From the NCBI RefSeq assembly GCF_964204645.1, contig NC_134034.1, forward strand, positions 7,700,962 to 7,764,961: a DNA stretch of 64,000 nucleotides, given 5' to 3'. Positions 49,185-61,900 of this stretch are shown here, one piece after another. Each line of letters opens with the position of its first letter. The stretch's first letter is position 1. A model generated the notes under the pieces. It was given only the letters and a program-made list of their open reading frames with translations. It had not been told where the DNA came from and made no database searches. The stretch comes from Tubulanus polymorphus (taxonomy: Eukaryota; Animalia; Nemertea). A program made the position numbers and the translations under genes.

Positions 49185-52100
49185 AAAGCCTATGTTCTTT
49201 TAGTAAAAATAGTGGGGAATAAAATAATAGATATAGCTGCGAAGCAGCAACAACGGGTTTCTGCCTAACTGGTTCAAATGTCCCACTGGGAAGCGTACAA
49301 AGATTTCATCGAAATAATTTCAATCAGTCAAAAAATGACTATTTCGAAGAAGCACAATCTAAGGTCAACCATATGCTGGATATGTGAATCCGTAAGGTCT
49401 ACCATGTGAAAAGTACCGATGTAACAAGTCTAGTCAAAATGGCTTTGAGGATAGCAAAGATATGGTGCTTGCAAGTTCCCCTGGTGGCAACTGCATGAAT
49501 TTGTATCTCCGTGCGCATTTTCCATAATTATTCCGTTATTCCGTTAACTATCGGTTGATCTACCTTCACTATGCGTTGTGCTGTAAGGAATTTTCATTCA
49601 GAAATAAACAATAAAGATTTTTCGTTAATCAACGATAGTTTACTCTTACTTTAGCATATTGCAACTTATAATACAACTTTAAAAACTCAACCACTTATAC
49701 TCAAAAAATATTAATTGACTTCAAAAGGCAACTTTGCCATGCTGATCACAAATGAGATAATTACTTTAATTCCTAACAAAATTATTGCATTGGCCTGATT
49801 CGAACATGGTGTGGCATCACTGCGTCAATGTCATTGAAGTGATTTAAGTAATGTTGAGTTTATCCGCCAAAAAGAAGTTATAAAAATGGCTGCTTTCTGA
49901 GTCGCAGTCAGATGAAAAAGTTCATGGGAAATGATAGATTGTACTGATGTTAGTCCGAATCCGTGATTTACGGTTGAGTCTGACGCGAAAGGACGTCTGG
50001 TGATTTGTAGGCTTTTCGGGATGTACTTTTATCAATGGATAATGATTCTTTGCGACATTCTTGTTCCCTTTTTAGACCCGGTAATTATGCAGGATTCATT
50101 CATGATAAATTACTATCCCCAAAATCGAAACGGTCAGGCGGAAAGTGATATTTCTGTCATAATTGAAAGTTACGTATATAAGCTGTTAGTAGTCGAATCT
50201 GAGAGGAGCTACATTATATGAACAATTTTTGGCTGGAAAATAGAAAATTTAGAAAAATAATAATCCACTGTATTAACAAGAGGGTTTCTGCGAAAGCAGT
50301 AGAAACCCTCATAATAATAATCACATGAATATCAATAGGGCTTTCTGTGAAGTAACAGAAAACCCAAATTGATAAAAAGCAACACATTCCAATGAATTTC
50401 AATCGGGTAAGAGATTTTATTACTGCATTGAATGTTTGAAGTTATTTTGTACCAAAGGAAGAAAGTTTCATATGCAATAACAAAATGAACTTCGCTAATG
50501 CCAAAGTCCATGACAAATATAAACTAATTTGAATTACTATCAAATGCCCTGTAGAATAGTTTACCGAATTATAACTATCAACAGCCGATGCTGAACAAAC
50601 TCTTCAACAAATAGCGTTAACCACAAATGCAACAATGATAACCACAAATGTGGCTAGCAGAGATCCTTCAAATGATAAAAATTAATGTTTGCCTTTGGTT
50701 AACGCGCAAGTAGACCTCAGACACGGTCAGCTTTTTGACTGACAAAATTCAACTTGTAAAGATCTGACTTTGATTTTCTCGATAAGCAGAACTAGACAAT
50801 TTCTTCTATGACATATTCATGTCCAATTATATGTGTTTAATGGTGTTACTGATATCAATAAAAATATATTGAAGAGACAAAAAACTTGTCCGCCTAACGT
50901 TGTTTGTTGCGCTTCGCTCAGCTATAGAGTTTTATAGAAGTGCCGACGATTTAAAATACCAGAAAAGGAACTTTAATCACCAAATAATGTATTTTTGAAG
51001 AAGCAGTTGATTTGCAGACTATCAGATGGGAAATAGATTAAGAGCGTAACGTACCTAGTGTTAGTAGCATCTGGTTCCTACATTTCAATTGAAACCACCG
51101 TCATTACTGTTGCCTTGCAACTGCATCTACAACTGCATGCATGGAAGCCACATTTTATACACAAGTATGATTGGCTGACAGCATATAACAAGAGAACCGA
51201 TAAAACAGATAAAAAAATTGATTCATAAGGTTCTGCCTTGCTGAGCAAAAATTTGCCCACAACTCACAAATACCATAAGGACACCTTTCAACATACTAAC
51301 CTTTGAGTTGCATCCCACTAGTCGGTATGAAACCTCATAAGTATTATTTGAATAGTACCTTATATTGGCAAGTATTCCTTGGGAGAGCAAACGGACGAAA
51401 AGTAAACTCAACAGGCTGCTGTGACTTACTTGAGTACCAAGTGGGCTATAAAGCCATAACGTTGAAAAATGCCTTTGTCTTGGCAGAAAGCCTGAACATA
51501 GACAAACCAAAAACATTGACAAACAACATGCGGAATTTCATATAAGCTAATGCCTCAGCCAAATACTAGTTCCAGAAACTCATAAGATACCAAGGATATT
51601 TTGGTTTACTTAAATAACTGGGACATTTCAATGACTCCTACTAAAAACTGACGGGAGCTGACTGGATTCGACTGGGGCTGACCGGTACTGACTGGAGCCA
51701 ACTGGAAACCTACTGGAGATGACTAAAAACTGACTGGAAACCGACTGGATGAAGCCCGAATTAAAATACATATCTTCGAATTACATGATTACTCATAAAA
51801 ACACTAAAAGACACACCTAAACTTAAGAATATATACGCAAAGAGAAGATTTTTTTATTTCTTCGTTCAAGCTTCTCCAAAATTATTTTTGATCATTGTAA
51901 TATTCACATCCGGAAAGAGATATGCCTGCCACTTTTTTTTAATCTAGTTCAAAAGCTTAAAACGACAAGCAATCTATCAAAACTATAGCGCTTCATTGTT
52001 GGAAAATTGATGATTCCAAAAACCTCGTCGCTAGAACCCTGGGCAAAGAAAAAGGACGAAAAATACGAAAACCGTATCCAATAAACCGCAAAAAATAAAT

Positions 52101-52263
52101 GACTCTTAATATGTTTGTCATTTGATTGTTTAAAAAACAATCTAGGTTTTGAACTCTAAATTATTATTATTTCATTATATCAAGCGTTAAGCAGTGCGTT
52201 TCACGATTTTGTCCATGATAGTAAACATCAACTGCTTTACGTGACCGTTAACTTCAATAGAAA

Positions 52264-53894
52264 ATGGCGCGACAACTTTTAATGGGTGAACATTATGATA
52301 ATTTAGTTTTGAATCGTAGACAACGGCCACCTATACTCGAGCTTCAGCTGCCAGATGAGGAACTGCGAAAAAAATATCGATTCGGCAGACAGGGAATCGA
52401 ATATATAACAACGTTAATTGAAGATGGCTTGCAAAGGGAAACAAAAAGAAATCAAGCACTGAGTGCCCAAGAAATCGTCTTAGTATAGCTGCGCTTTCTA
52501 GTGAGTGGGGCATTTATGGCGGTGATCGGAGATACATTTAAAGTTCACAAGTCGACAGTATCTAGATGTATTCACCAATTTTGTGAACTAATGACAAGTC
52601 AGGAGATAATGTCTAGATTTATTCGTTGGCCAATGACTGAGGAAGAGAAGAAAAAGTCGAGGGATGGATTTTACCAGACAGCTGGGTTTCCCAGAGTCAT
52701 CGGAGTGGTTGATTGCACACATGTTCGAATCCAGTCACCCGGAGGCCCAAATGAACATACATATGTGAACAGAAAAAATTTCCACAGTTTGAATGTGCAA
52801 GGAATATGTGATAGTACCTGTAAGTTAGCGGCCTCGTAATTAATATGTGGTAAAACTTACCGTTGCCCTGGCAGATTCAATGATGTGATTTGATATACTT
52901 ATTTTTGAAATGAGTGGGCACTAGCCGGATTGCCGGTACTGGTGTACTGGTAATTCATATCACTTCCTACTCCACACACAATACTCCTATGTCCGATGAA
53001 GGGTAGCTCCGAATATATTCAAATCAGGGAATCATTTTTGTGGTAATTCATTCTCTGGAGATTATGTCTACTAGATTTAATTGACTAATAATCAATCGGA
53101 CTGATAGAAATCATTATAACAAGCCATTTTTCCATCATTCACAAGTACAAATTCCGCCAATAACATCTTATTAAAAAATGAAATTTTACAAAAGGCCTTA
53201 AAAGCTGGGAAGCCGATTTAATCGAAGTGTCTCTTTTTATTCTGAAAATGAATGACATAAATATTGCTCCTTTTTACCTTGAACATCCCTAATTTCAAGT
53301 AATAGTCATTTATACATTTTCCATTCTTTGTTTATAGTTCGTTTTATTAATGTTGTTGCAAGATGGCCGGGAAGTACACATGGTAGCCACATATTCAGAT
53401 CTTCAGGTTTCAGTAGGTATGTTTCTGCCACCTCAGATCCACGAAAGGCTTACTAAACCATATAGTTATTTTAATGATGATTCCTCTTATGTAGATGGCT
53501 AGAGAACCAGCTAGTTCATTATGATATAATTCTTGGTGATAGCAAGTATGCGTGTCGTCCATATCTTATGACCCCGTACCTCAATCTAGCAAACCAACCC
53601 CAGAGAAATTATAACCTGAGTCAAAAGAGCACACCCGTAATGATCCAGCGGGTTTTTGGTGCACTAAAGAGACGTTTCCATGTTTTACACGGGGAGCTCA
53701 GAATTTCACCCGAATGTGCATCGAGAGTTGTTGTCACTGCAATGATCCTACACAACATTGCAATAGAATTGAACGAACCGGTGTTGGAACCAATGCAAGC
53801 TATAGAAGAGGAAGTAGAAGTTGAACCTTATAATGGGAATGATCGTCAGGGAAGACTTAACAGGGACAATCTTGCCAATACATTTTTTGCATAA
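52264..53894 (+). pseudogene. Harbinger (HARBI1-like) DDE transposase, 3 exons (52264-52819, 53338-53416, 53495-53894)
   Basis: YRFGRQGI; GFPRVIGVVDCTHVRI; YVNRKNFHSLNVQGICD; ARWPGSTH; LGDSKY; LHNIA; GT-AG introns. Stop at 52486 and substitutions at conserved acidic positions (STHGS, IQRVFG). Confidence 0.92.
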
Positions 53895-53994
53895 AGAGAT
53901 TTCCATTGGATAATGTAGCCTTAATTTACTAATTTAAGAATATAACAGTAACAATAATTACTTTTCAATTAATTAATTTAAAACTTCCTTTCAA

Positions 53995-55511
53995 TTATTG
54001 TTCTTTTCCAATAAGATCATTCAGCTGCTCGAGTGACAATTCGTTGATATCCACAAAATTATTTTGCCTCTTCAAGATTACAATTTCTAATTGGAGTTTC
54101 TCCATTTCGAGTTTAATTTTCGCCGATTCCAGTGCGATGCGCTCTTTGTCAGCTTCTAGTACCTTAAATGGTAAATGAGTCATACACAACTTATTGTAGC
54201 TGGTAGCCTCTAGAATGAAGAATTCGTTCAGTTCATGGGTCTATTGGGTTTACAATTTCACCTGGCAATGTAATTGGAGACGATGATCTGCGGAGTATCT
54301 TCGCCTCTTCAAGTTTTCTGCTGGAGTTGACTGTTGGGATATCTTAGGCTGCGGAACTAACTCAACATCATAAATTACTTCTTCTTCAGGGCCTACTTCA
54401 GCTGAAACTGTAAAAGTTTGATTATTTCCTCCTCTTGAGTCTATAGAACGCGACTAAGCCTACCCAGTCTTTAATGAAATTTCTAATGAGAAAAAATACA
54501 AGAAAATAAGATGACCTTCCAGGTCAAGGTGATTTCTGAAAACAATTGAGCTTTTTTGAAATAGGCCATGAGGTAAAGGGCGATAAGATGAACCATCCGA
54601 CCCACCAATGGCGGCCCGAACCCGTCGGTTATATTTCCTCATGTTCCAAACTTTCGGTACTGGTAATTAGCTTTCCAGGTTTAGAGCTTTATACACGCGC
54701 GATGAAATACTTCAATAGTTCAACTAGGCCTAACTGCATTTTGAATATTCCTCCTGAGAGTTTTAACACTGCACCAGGATAAAAATGTATTTGAATAAGG
54801 TGACCCGTATTGTAAACTGTGTTGACAAAGTGGGATTGAGCTCCAATTCAAGAACTACTCTACGGTATGTAATCTCATTAATTATTCATTAGTTTGACCC
54901 TGACCTATGACATCATTTGTAAGGACTCCCGACCAAATGTAAACAAAAGCAGACGGTTCAACTAACCGAACCGAAAAATCATGTTTATGGTCTGATTGCA
55001 ATAAATCTTTTAGAAATCAAAATACTCTTGTTGAATTAAAAATATACATACTCTCATCATTAACACCATCTTCAAGTTGAAAAGAGTCGAGATTAATTGT
55101 TCCTTCAATCCCAGTGAAAGAAGGGTTTCCATCTTGGATCTTCAAGATTGCCTGGCTGATTTCCGAGATTTCTTGTGGTGGTGGACCTCCACCAGTTTTC
55201 TTGATGCCCTTTTTGTATCCCGATTTCTCCTGCTTAGCGTTTGTATTTAACTGTCGCCACTTCTCCCTAACTTCCTCCACTGACCTCACCTCCACACCCA
55301 ACGCTGATACCTTACTGCTGATTTCTTTCCATATTTCGATCTTCTTTTTGTGGTCTAATTTGTTATTAAAGCCACTGTGAATGGTGTGATATTTTTCTTC
55401 AACCAAATTGCACAATGGTGTGATCTCTTGTGATGAGAAATTAGTCTTCCTCTTCCTTTTAAAGCACATATTATGAGGAGCATTCTCACTTAAGTTTGAA
55501 GCGGTGGCCAT
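53995..55511 (-). CDS. Harbinger Myb/SANT-like DNA-binding protein (multi-exon; first exon 55052-55511)
   Basis: RKTNFSSQEITPLCNLV..KKIEIWKEI..RSVEEVREKWRQL..KTGGGPPP; C-terminal coiled-coil exon ending at 53995; middle exons not resolved. Confidence 0.8.
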
Positions 55512-56229
55512 CTTGGAATCAACTAACGACTGGTTAAGGAACTTTAACAACTCGTTAAAAGTTCCTAAACAGTCGTTAGCTAACGGTTACTCTAACGGTT
55601 GTTTGAGCAACACTTTTTAACGCGGATGTTAACTAACGAGTCGTTAGGAACTTTAACGAGTCGTTAAGCTTAACGACTCGTTAAAGTTAACCAACTTTTG
55701 AGCAACCGGCCCCAGATTTTCAAAACGGAAAAATGCTACTACATGTACCAGAAAAAAACACTTGAATAATGTAAATAAACCATAACATGTAATATAGTAA
55801 TAAAATAAATATATAATAATAGAATATGATAGAAATGATTATGTGACTAATATTACATGAGAAAAATGTTTGATAACAGGAGCATTTTTATTGTCATCTT
55901 TTGAACTTGGAAAAACAATTTTAAAAAGTTTATATCTGCTAAATATTCAGTTGCGAAACACTGTCTTTGAGTAATCAGCTACATCCAGTCGGTTTCCAGT
56001 CGGTTCCAGTCGGTTCGTCGGCTCCAGTCAGTTTAGGTCAGTTTTTAGTAGGGGCGCATTCTAATATATGTTAGGGAATAGTGGGACAGGTTTTTACATT
56101 ACATGATTAGTCATGAAAAATTGAGCCAGCTAAGAAAAGTGAACACAATATGTATCTCACTGTAAGTGTGGTCAAAACTATGCCTTTTGAGATTATGTCA
56201 ATGGTGCGCTAGAAAGATTTGCAACCCAC

Positions 56230-56388
56230 CAAAGTTGTATGTCCACATGTCACTGTTGGATCCTTTCAAATCAATGTAACCACCATAGATGTGCATACTT
56301 CCATTTATTATGACTGCACTGTGTCCACGCCTGTTTGTTGGTGCTACACAGCCAGTTGTCGACTTGAAAATCTCCCATGTAAGTGTTT
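56230..56388 (-). CDS. host Kelch-repeat protein exon
   Basis: tttcacag| ... |gtgggt; 159 bp, phase 1-1; TLTWEIFKSTTGCVAPTNRRGHSAVIINGSMHIYGGYIDLKGSNSDMWTYNF. Confidence 0.9.
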
Positions 56389-56849
56389 CTGTGAAATGAT
56401 TCATGAGATGAATATGTATTAAGATAACATTCCAATGATTAGAGGATGACCATAAACTGATCAATATCCAAATCGAACCAGGGGTCCAGGGACACCATGC
56501 CCACTAAGTGAAATGCTTGAAAATCTGACTTTTTCAATACACACATATATAATACAATTTAGTGAACATAAAACTAAGGCTAATGACCTGGAAACTCCCC
56601 ATAATCAAAAACACCTCATCAGCTACAATTTTGAATTTGATACAAAAAATTTTTAGTTTCCAATGCTTAGGATGGAGTCAATGAAAAGGATGGCTCCGAC
56701 AATATCCAAATCTTAGATACATATAGTGAGACCAGTAAGGTTCGAATCGCTAGCTGCATGTTTTAAACATTTTATAGCGGTAATTCCCTCAATTTGAATG
56801 CAAATGCTATGCAGGATGTACGTAAGTACTTTTCAAAAATATCTTAGGT

Positions 56850-57800
56850 CAGGGGCGGATCCAGACCGTATTAGCCGTATTGCCCAATACGGTCTAGAAT
56901 TTTTAAGTGCCCTTCGAAATTTCACCGGCAATATTTTTGACGGCATTATCTCAGCAACCGCTAATTCCGTGTCCGTAATCCGGGCATAATTATAAAATTA
57001 ATCGGTAAATACTGCTGCTGAGAAAGTGAGGAGAGATAATCATACTTGATATACCCGGTAAGGCCTTTAATCATGATAAATTAAAAAAGGCACTTAAATG
57101 AGGGCACCTCGTCCTTGCCTTTTCAGGGAGGGCTAAAGGGGCACTCGTACGTTAGAAGAGGGCACTTTACGCGGAGAATGTTGAACAAAAGGGCACTTTG
57201 CCTTTTCAAGGGGCACGCTCAGGCTTTAATTCGCGGTGAATCCTGAAGAAAAAGGCACTTTTTTACCTAATTTTTCAAATTTTAGGGGCACTTTTGGTTT
57301 GGAATACGGCACATGACATACGGATAAATGTGAAGACGAGGCAATTTTTGCCGATTGTTAACAATGAAGGGGCACTTAGCCGTATTCTGTATAATTGTTA
57401 AGGAGCACATTTAAAGGTTATAGGGGCACTAGGGAAAATATAAAAAACAATGCCAGTGTTTTTCATGGGTGTCTTCTGTGAAATTCATTGTTGATCTTGA
57501 AGTTGGCGACAACCATTCTTTCATGGGTTTGCCAGCTTCATTTTTATCCGCATCTGTTGAAATCTCGTCTCGGATTCGTTTATTCTGGATTGCTCTGCTA
57601 GTCTCTAGAAGCCCTCTAAAAGCCTTTAAATGGTACCATATTTTCAAAATTTTCTGGGGGATGGCCAGACCCCCCCACCACGAAAGACTTCAAACCTTCG
57701 ACGCTCGCATTGACCTGGATACTGGGTGTGCCCTAAGATCAGAAAGTGCCCTTAAATTTCTTGCCAATACTGTCTACCCATCCCCCTGGATCCACACCTG
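56850..57800. mobile_element. MITE with hAT-like TIRs and 5-bp TSD
   Basis: caggggcggatccag ... ctggatccacacctg; TAGGT on both flanks; many internal gggcac motifs. Confidence 0.8.
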
Positions 57801-58936
57801 TAGGTTATTTATTTCGTATATATTCCTTGTTGAATGAATGCAACCGCAAATTCTAAGAATAAATCTCCCGCGCAGCGCTATTATATACAATTATTGATTT
57901 GTTGAAACTCGCGCCGACAGGTGGCTTGATGTTTCGTAACGATGTTGTATATAAGCAATTTAGAGATTGTAGCACCGGTTAAGACGCTTTTACGGTCTGT
58001 TCATTAAGTGTGCTATGATCTCAACTTTTCCTCAAAACTACAACCACTAACAGGTACCCACCCCTCCATTTTCTCAACGGATCTAAACGAATCACAAGAA
58101 TGATAAAAATAGATATCCAACCGTGGATTTCCGTGTTTCCATGTAAGATTTTCGTCCCGTTATGACAGTGCTTCATTATGGATGGCCAAAAAATCTGATG
58201 ACCTTCGGGTCAGACCCTGAAGGTAACCCCCAAAGTTCTCATACATGGTATCATTTGAAAGCTTGTGAAAAAAGCTTTCATGAAATACATACAGCATGGG
58301 GTCTCATATCTAATGAGTTATAAATTTTTCCCCTTGCAAGGTCCAAAATCTCTCATAGGCCGAAAAATACCTGCCGGTTAAAGGGTTAAGAAAAAAAGAC
58401 CATTTCTGATTTGCAGTAAAATTTGCTAGCAATGGTCGAGTATTACCAAAATAATGAACACCAAAATCCTTTTGTTACGTGGTTCACTTTCACCTGTGAC
58501 TTACGTACCACAGATTCGCTATGTGGTACACGCTTTTTAACCTTGGGAATTTACCATCAAATTCAGATCAGATTATCATCAGAACGTACTGCAGAATAGA
58601 AAAGCAGGCTTTGTTAAGCAATTGGTAGGATATCCAAATTTTATTTGAGCTTTTCCTGAAAAACCTATATAAATCATGCTAATTAGGTCACGTAAAGCAC
58701 ATAATCCGTATAAAAATCTATCTTTTTTATCCCCAAAATGTTAGCCCACTATGTTGCTCTCTGTGGGTACAGTATACCCCTTTCTTAACACTTCCAGTAT
58801 CAGTAGGGGTTTTAGTAAGATCACCAAAAACTTCTATTTCTGTCTCAGTATGGTGGGTGGGTATATGGCCAGTACTGAAAGAGTTAGGCCTAAACGATTT
58901 CAGCTGAACAGAATTATTGAAGAAATTCAATAAAAT

Positions 58937-61900
58937 CAGTGTTTGCATTAGAAGCCGGGTCCCGGGTCAAAGTCCCGACAACTTGTAAAATCGGACCCAA
59001 CAACTTTTTTCAACCCGATGCGATTTTTCGTTCGCATTCTAAGCGCTAGATCGTTTTCTGACGCTACATAGTATGACCGATGTCACCGGATGTATCGCAC
59101 ATTTTGATTGGTTTAAATCGTCTGTGAAATGGCATTTCGTCTGATCTCCTCCAATGAACGGCCGTTTAAGAATACGACGACGCGGAAGTGAAACGAGTCA
59201 TCGTGAACATCAAACATGAAGCGGAATTCCATGAATTCGCCAGGGATTCTGAAGTATTTTAAACGTATGTTGTTGATATTTTTCCTGAATTAAATCGCCG
59301 AATGTGTAGTAGAATTTCAATTAATCAGTTGACACGTTTACATCCCTTTCATTGCTTCTGATTATCGGCGGCGACGACGAAAAAAGCTGCAGGCTTAAAT
59401 TCAAATTCAAATTAAGTAGTTTATTCACTGCTCGAAAAAAACATTAAACGATGTTTAATACCTCATGATATAGCCCAAACCAGAAGGATTTCTTCAGTGT
59501 GTCATTATTTTTAATCCTATTTCTCTGACAGAACAGTGACTTTTCTGCTTAGCAAGCCTGTCAGACACAAGTTTATAACTAAAAAAAGTCAAACGAGTTA
59601 GTAGTTGTCCTCTTCTCACACTCACAGTTTCAGTTAATGGATGAGAGTGGTCCTATTTAAGACTAGTTGTTGCCCTCGACAAATTAAGGAGGCGTATAGA
59701 TTTAAAATTATTTTTACAGATGGGGGCTAGACTTGGTATGGTCAGCTGAGTATGGTAAGATTATAATACTGTCAGGTGGTGGTCTGCTTGTTTCATATTA
59801 TTTATATTCATATAAAATAACATGTCTGTCTGTTGTTGTTGTCTGTCTGAAATTGTACTGCACATGCACTTATTTTGTTTTCTTAAAGGGCCTGTCCGTG
59901 ATATCATACCAACAGTGCTGCTATTTCCAGAACTCAAACTTTGCATGATGAAATAAACTACCCATTGGGTATGCTTCAATTTGGAAATTTTTTTATTTTG
60001 TCCCCGAAATCACTGACAGACCCTTTAAGATACAACCTATCTCCACAGTTGGACTTGTTAAGTCAGTGTGATCTATCTTTACAGGGTCTGAAACAACAGT
60101 ACCGGTTCAGGAGCCAAACAATGAAGTGGCATCAAGGCAGACTCAATCGACAGTACTGGTACAGCAGCCAAACAACAATGAAGAGGCATCAAGGCAGACT
60201 CAATCGACAGGTAATGGCACCTTATTAAGGCCAAAAATAATTTCTTGTCAACAGCGATACAGCATTACTTATGTCTTGGCCTACATTTTGATTACACCAT
60301 GTTTTCATTCTGTTTTAGGATCAGATGAGCAGGCAACTACATGTGGCAAGAACCAGCAGCAGAGAAATGGGATAACTGAATCAGGTAAATTAATTGAAAG
60401 TAAAAATTTAGATTTTAGCCCATGTCTTGATGATATGTGGTATGTGTTGGTGTACCTACCCAAAGACATCTGCTGACAATTTGGCGAATTGTGACATAAG
60501 TTGTTACCCAATACATAACTCCTAAATGCATGCTTGGATTGAATGGTCTAAACAGTATATAAAAGCAACACTTTACTTAATAGTTTTTCTTTACAATTTT
60601 TCAGAGATCAGGTCGTTATTTGATACCTCTAAAGACCAGATTCATTCTGCTGACATCTGTAAACATAACTGTCTGCATGTTTCATCAAAGGACAAACTCG
60701 AGTATACAAAAGGCACCCGGATTATCAAATTCTATCATGATTGGTTTTTGATTAAGGAAGCATATGATGCAGTGACTGACACTAAGTGGCTGGTATACCA
60801 GGAAAATGTAGGCATGTTCTGTGTACTATGTCGGAAACATGATGGAATCAGTGAGACTAACAAAAACAAAGTGTGGGTCAGTGCGCCATGTCAAAAGATA
60901 AGGACTGATGCGATATATGATCATCTAGGATCGGAAAAGCACAAAGACTGTGTTAAGGCGGAATTACTTCAAAGAGGATCACTCTTCCAAAAACAGATTG
61001 ACCAGAAAAGTGCATACAAAAATTCTGTTTTAAAAATGGCATTTGAGTCTTTGTATTATGTTATGAAGGAAGAAGTTGCACTGCTTAAATTCCATTCACT
61101 TCTTCAACTGATTAGCAGATGTGGTGTTCCCAGTATAGATCTGTTTGACTATTCTTCGCCAGCTTCTATAAGAGAAATGGCTGTATGTATAGGCAAGGTA
61201 ATAAAATCAGAGTTCATGAGTCAAATCAAAGATAATAACCATGTGTTTGGTCTATTGACTGATGAAGTTAGTGAAATTAGTGTCAAAGAACAGCTTGTTA
61301 CTTTCATTAGGGCAGTGTCAAGGTCAGGTAAATCCCAAACTAACTTTTTGACCATTGATGAGTTGACTGGCTCTGCAAATGCTGATAATATTGTTAAAGC
61401 CTTGACCTCAGTAATCGAGGACAATGGTTTGGATGAAGGCATGATGACAAGCTTTGTCTCTGACGGAGTTTCTACGTTTACTGGCAAACACAATGGGGTA
61501 GCTGTACAGTTGAAAAGTAAATTCAACTCTGCTATGTTGCCAATCCATTGCATTTGCCACAAACTGGCTTTGGCAAGTGCTGATGCTGATCAGTCTTTAG
61601 ATATGATTAAAAATGCTGTCCAATTGTTAACAAATATTTGGAGATTTTTTGAAAATAGTCCTAGAAGGACATCAAATCTTGTCAAAGTTCAAAGCCAGTT
61701 GAAGGCCCTGGCAGTAGATTCAAATTCTGTAGATTTTGTCAGTACTAAAATTAGGAAAGCATGTAGGACAAGATGGCTATCGATTGAACAATCTCTAGTA
61801 TCCCTATTATCAAATTTTGTAGCGGTTTTACAAACGTATTGAGAAAGAAGAGAGAGATGAACCATTAGCAATAGGCCTCTTGCAGCAACTAAACAGTAGT

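Larger units (their letters stand above)
52180..55713. mobile_element. PIF/Harbinger DNA transposon (left end missing)
   Basis: Convergent transposase and Myb/SANT genes; right TIR ttttgagcaaccggcccc, preceded by ttaacgagtcgttaa subterminal repeats. Confidence 0.88.
51636..56053. mobile_element. non-autonomous CACTA-like element hosting the Harbinger
   Basis: TIRs cctactaaaaactgac / gtcagtttttagtagg, with subterminal gactgg/ccagtc repeat arrays at both ends. Confidence 0.7.

Noticed and set aside
58196-58240. ctgatga + stem as a hammerhead ribozyme
   Set aside because: The stem is followed by taac rather than the required GAAA.
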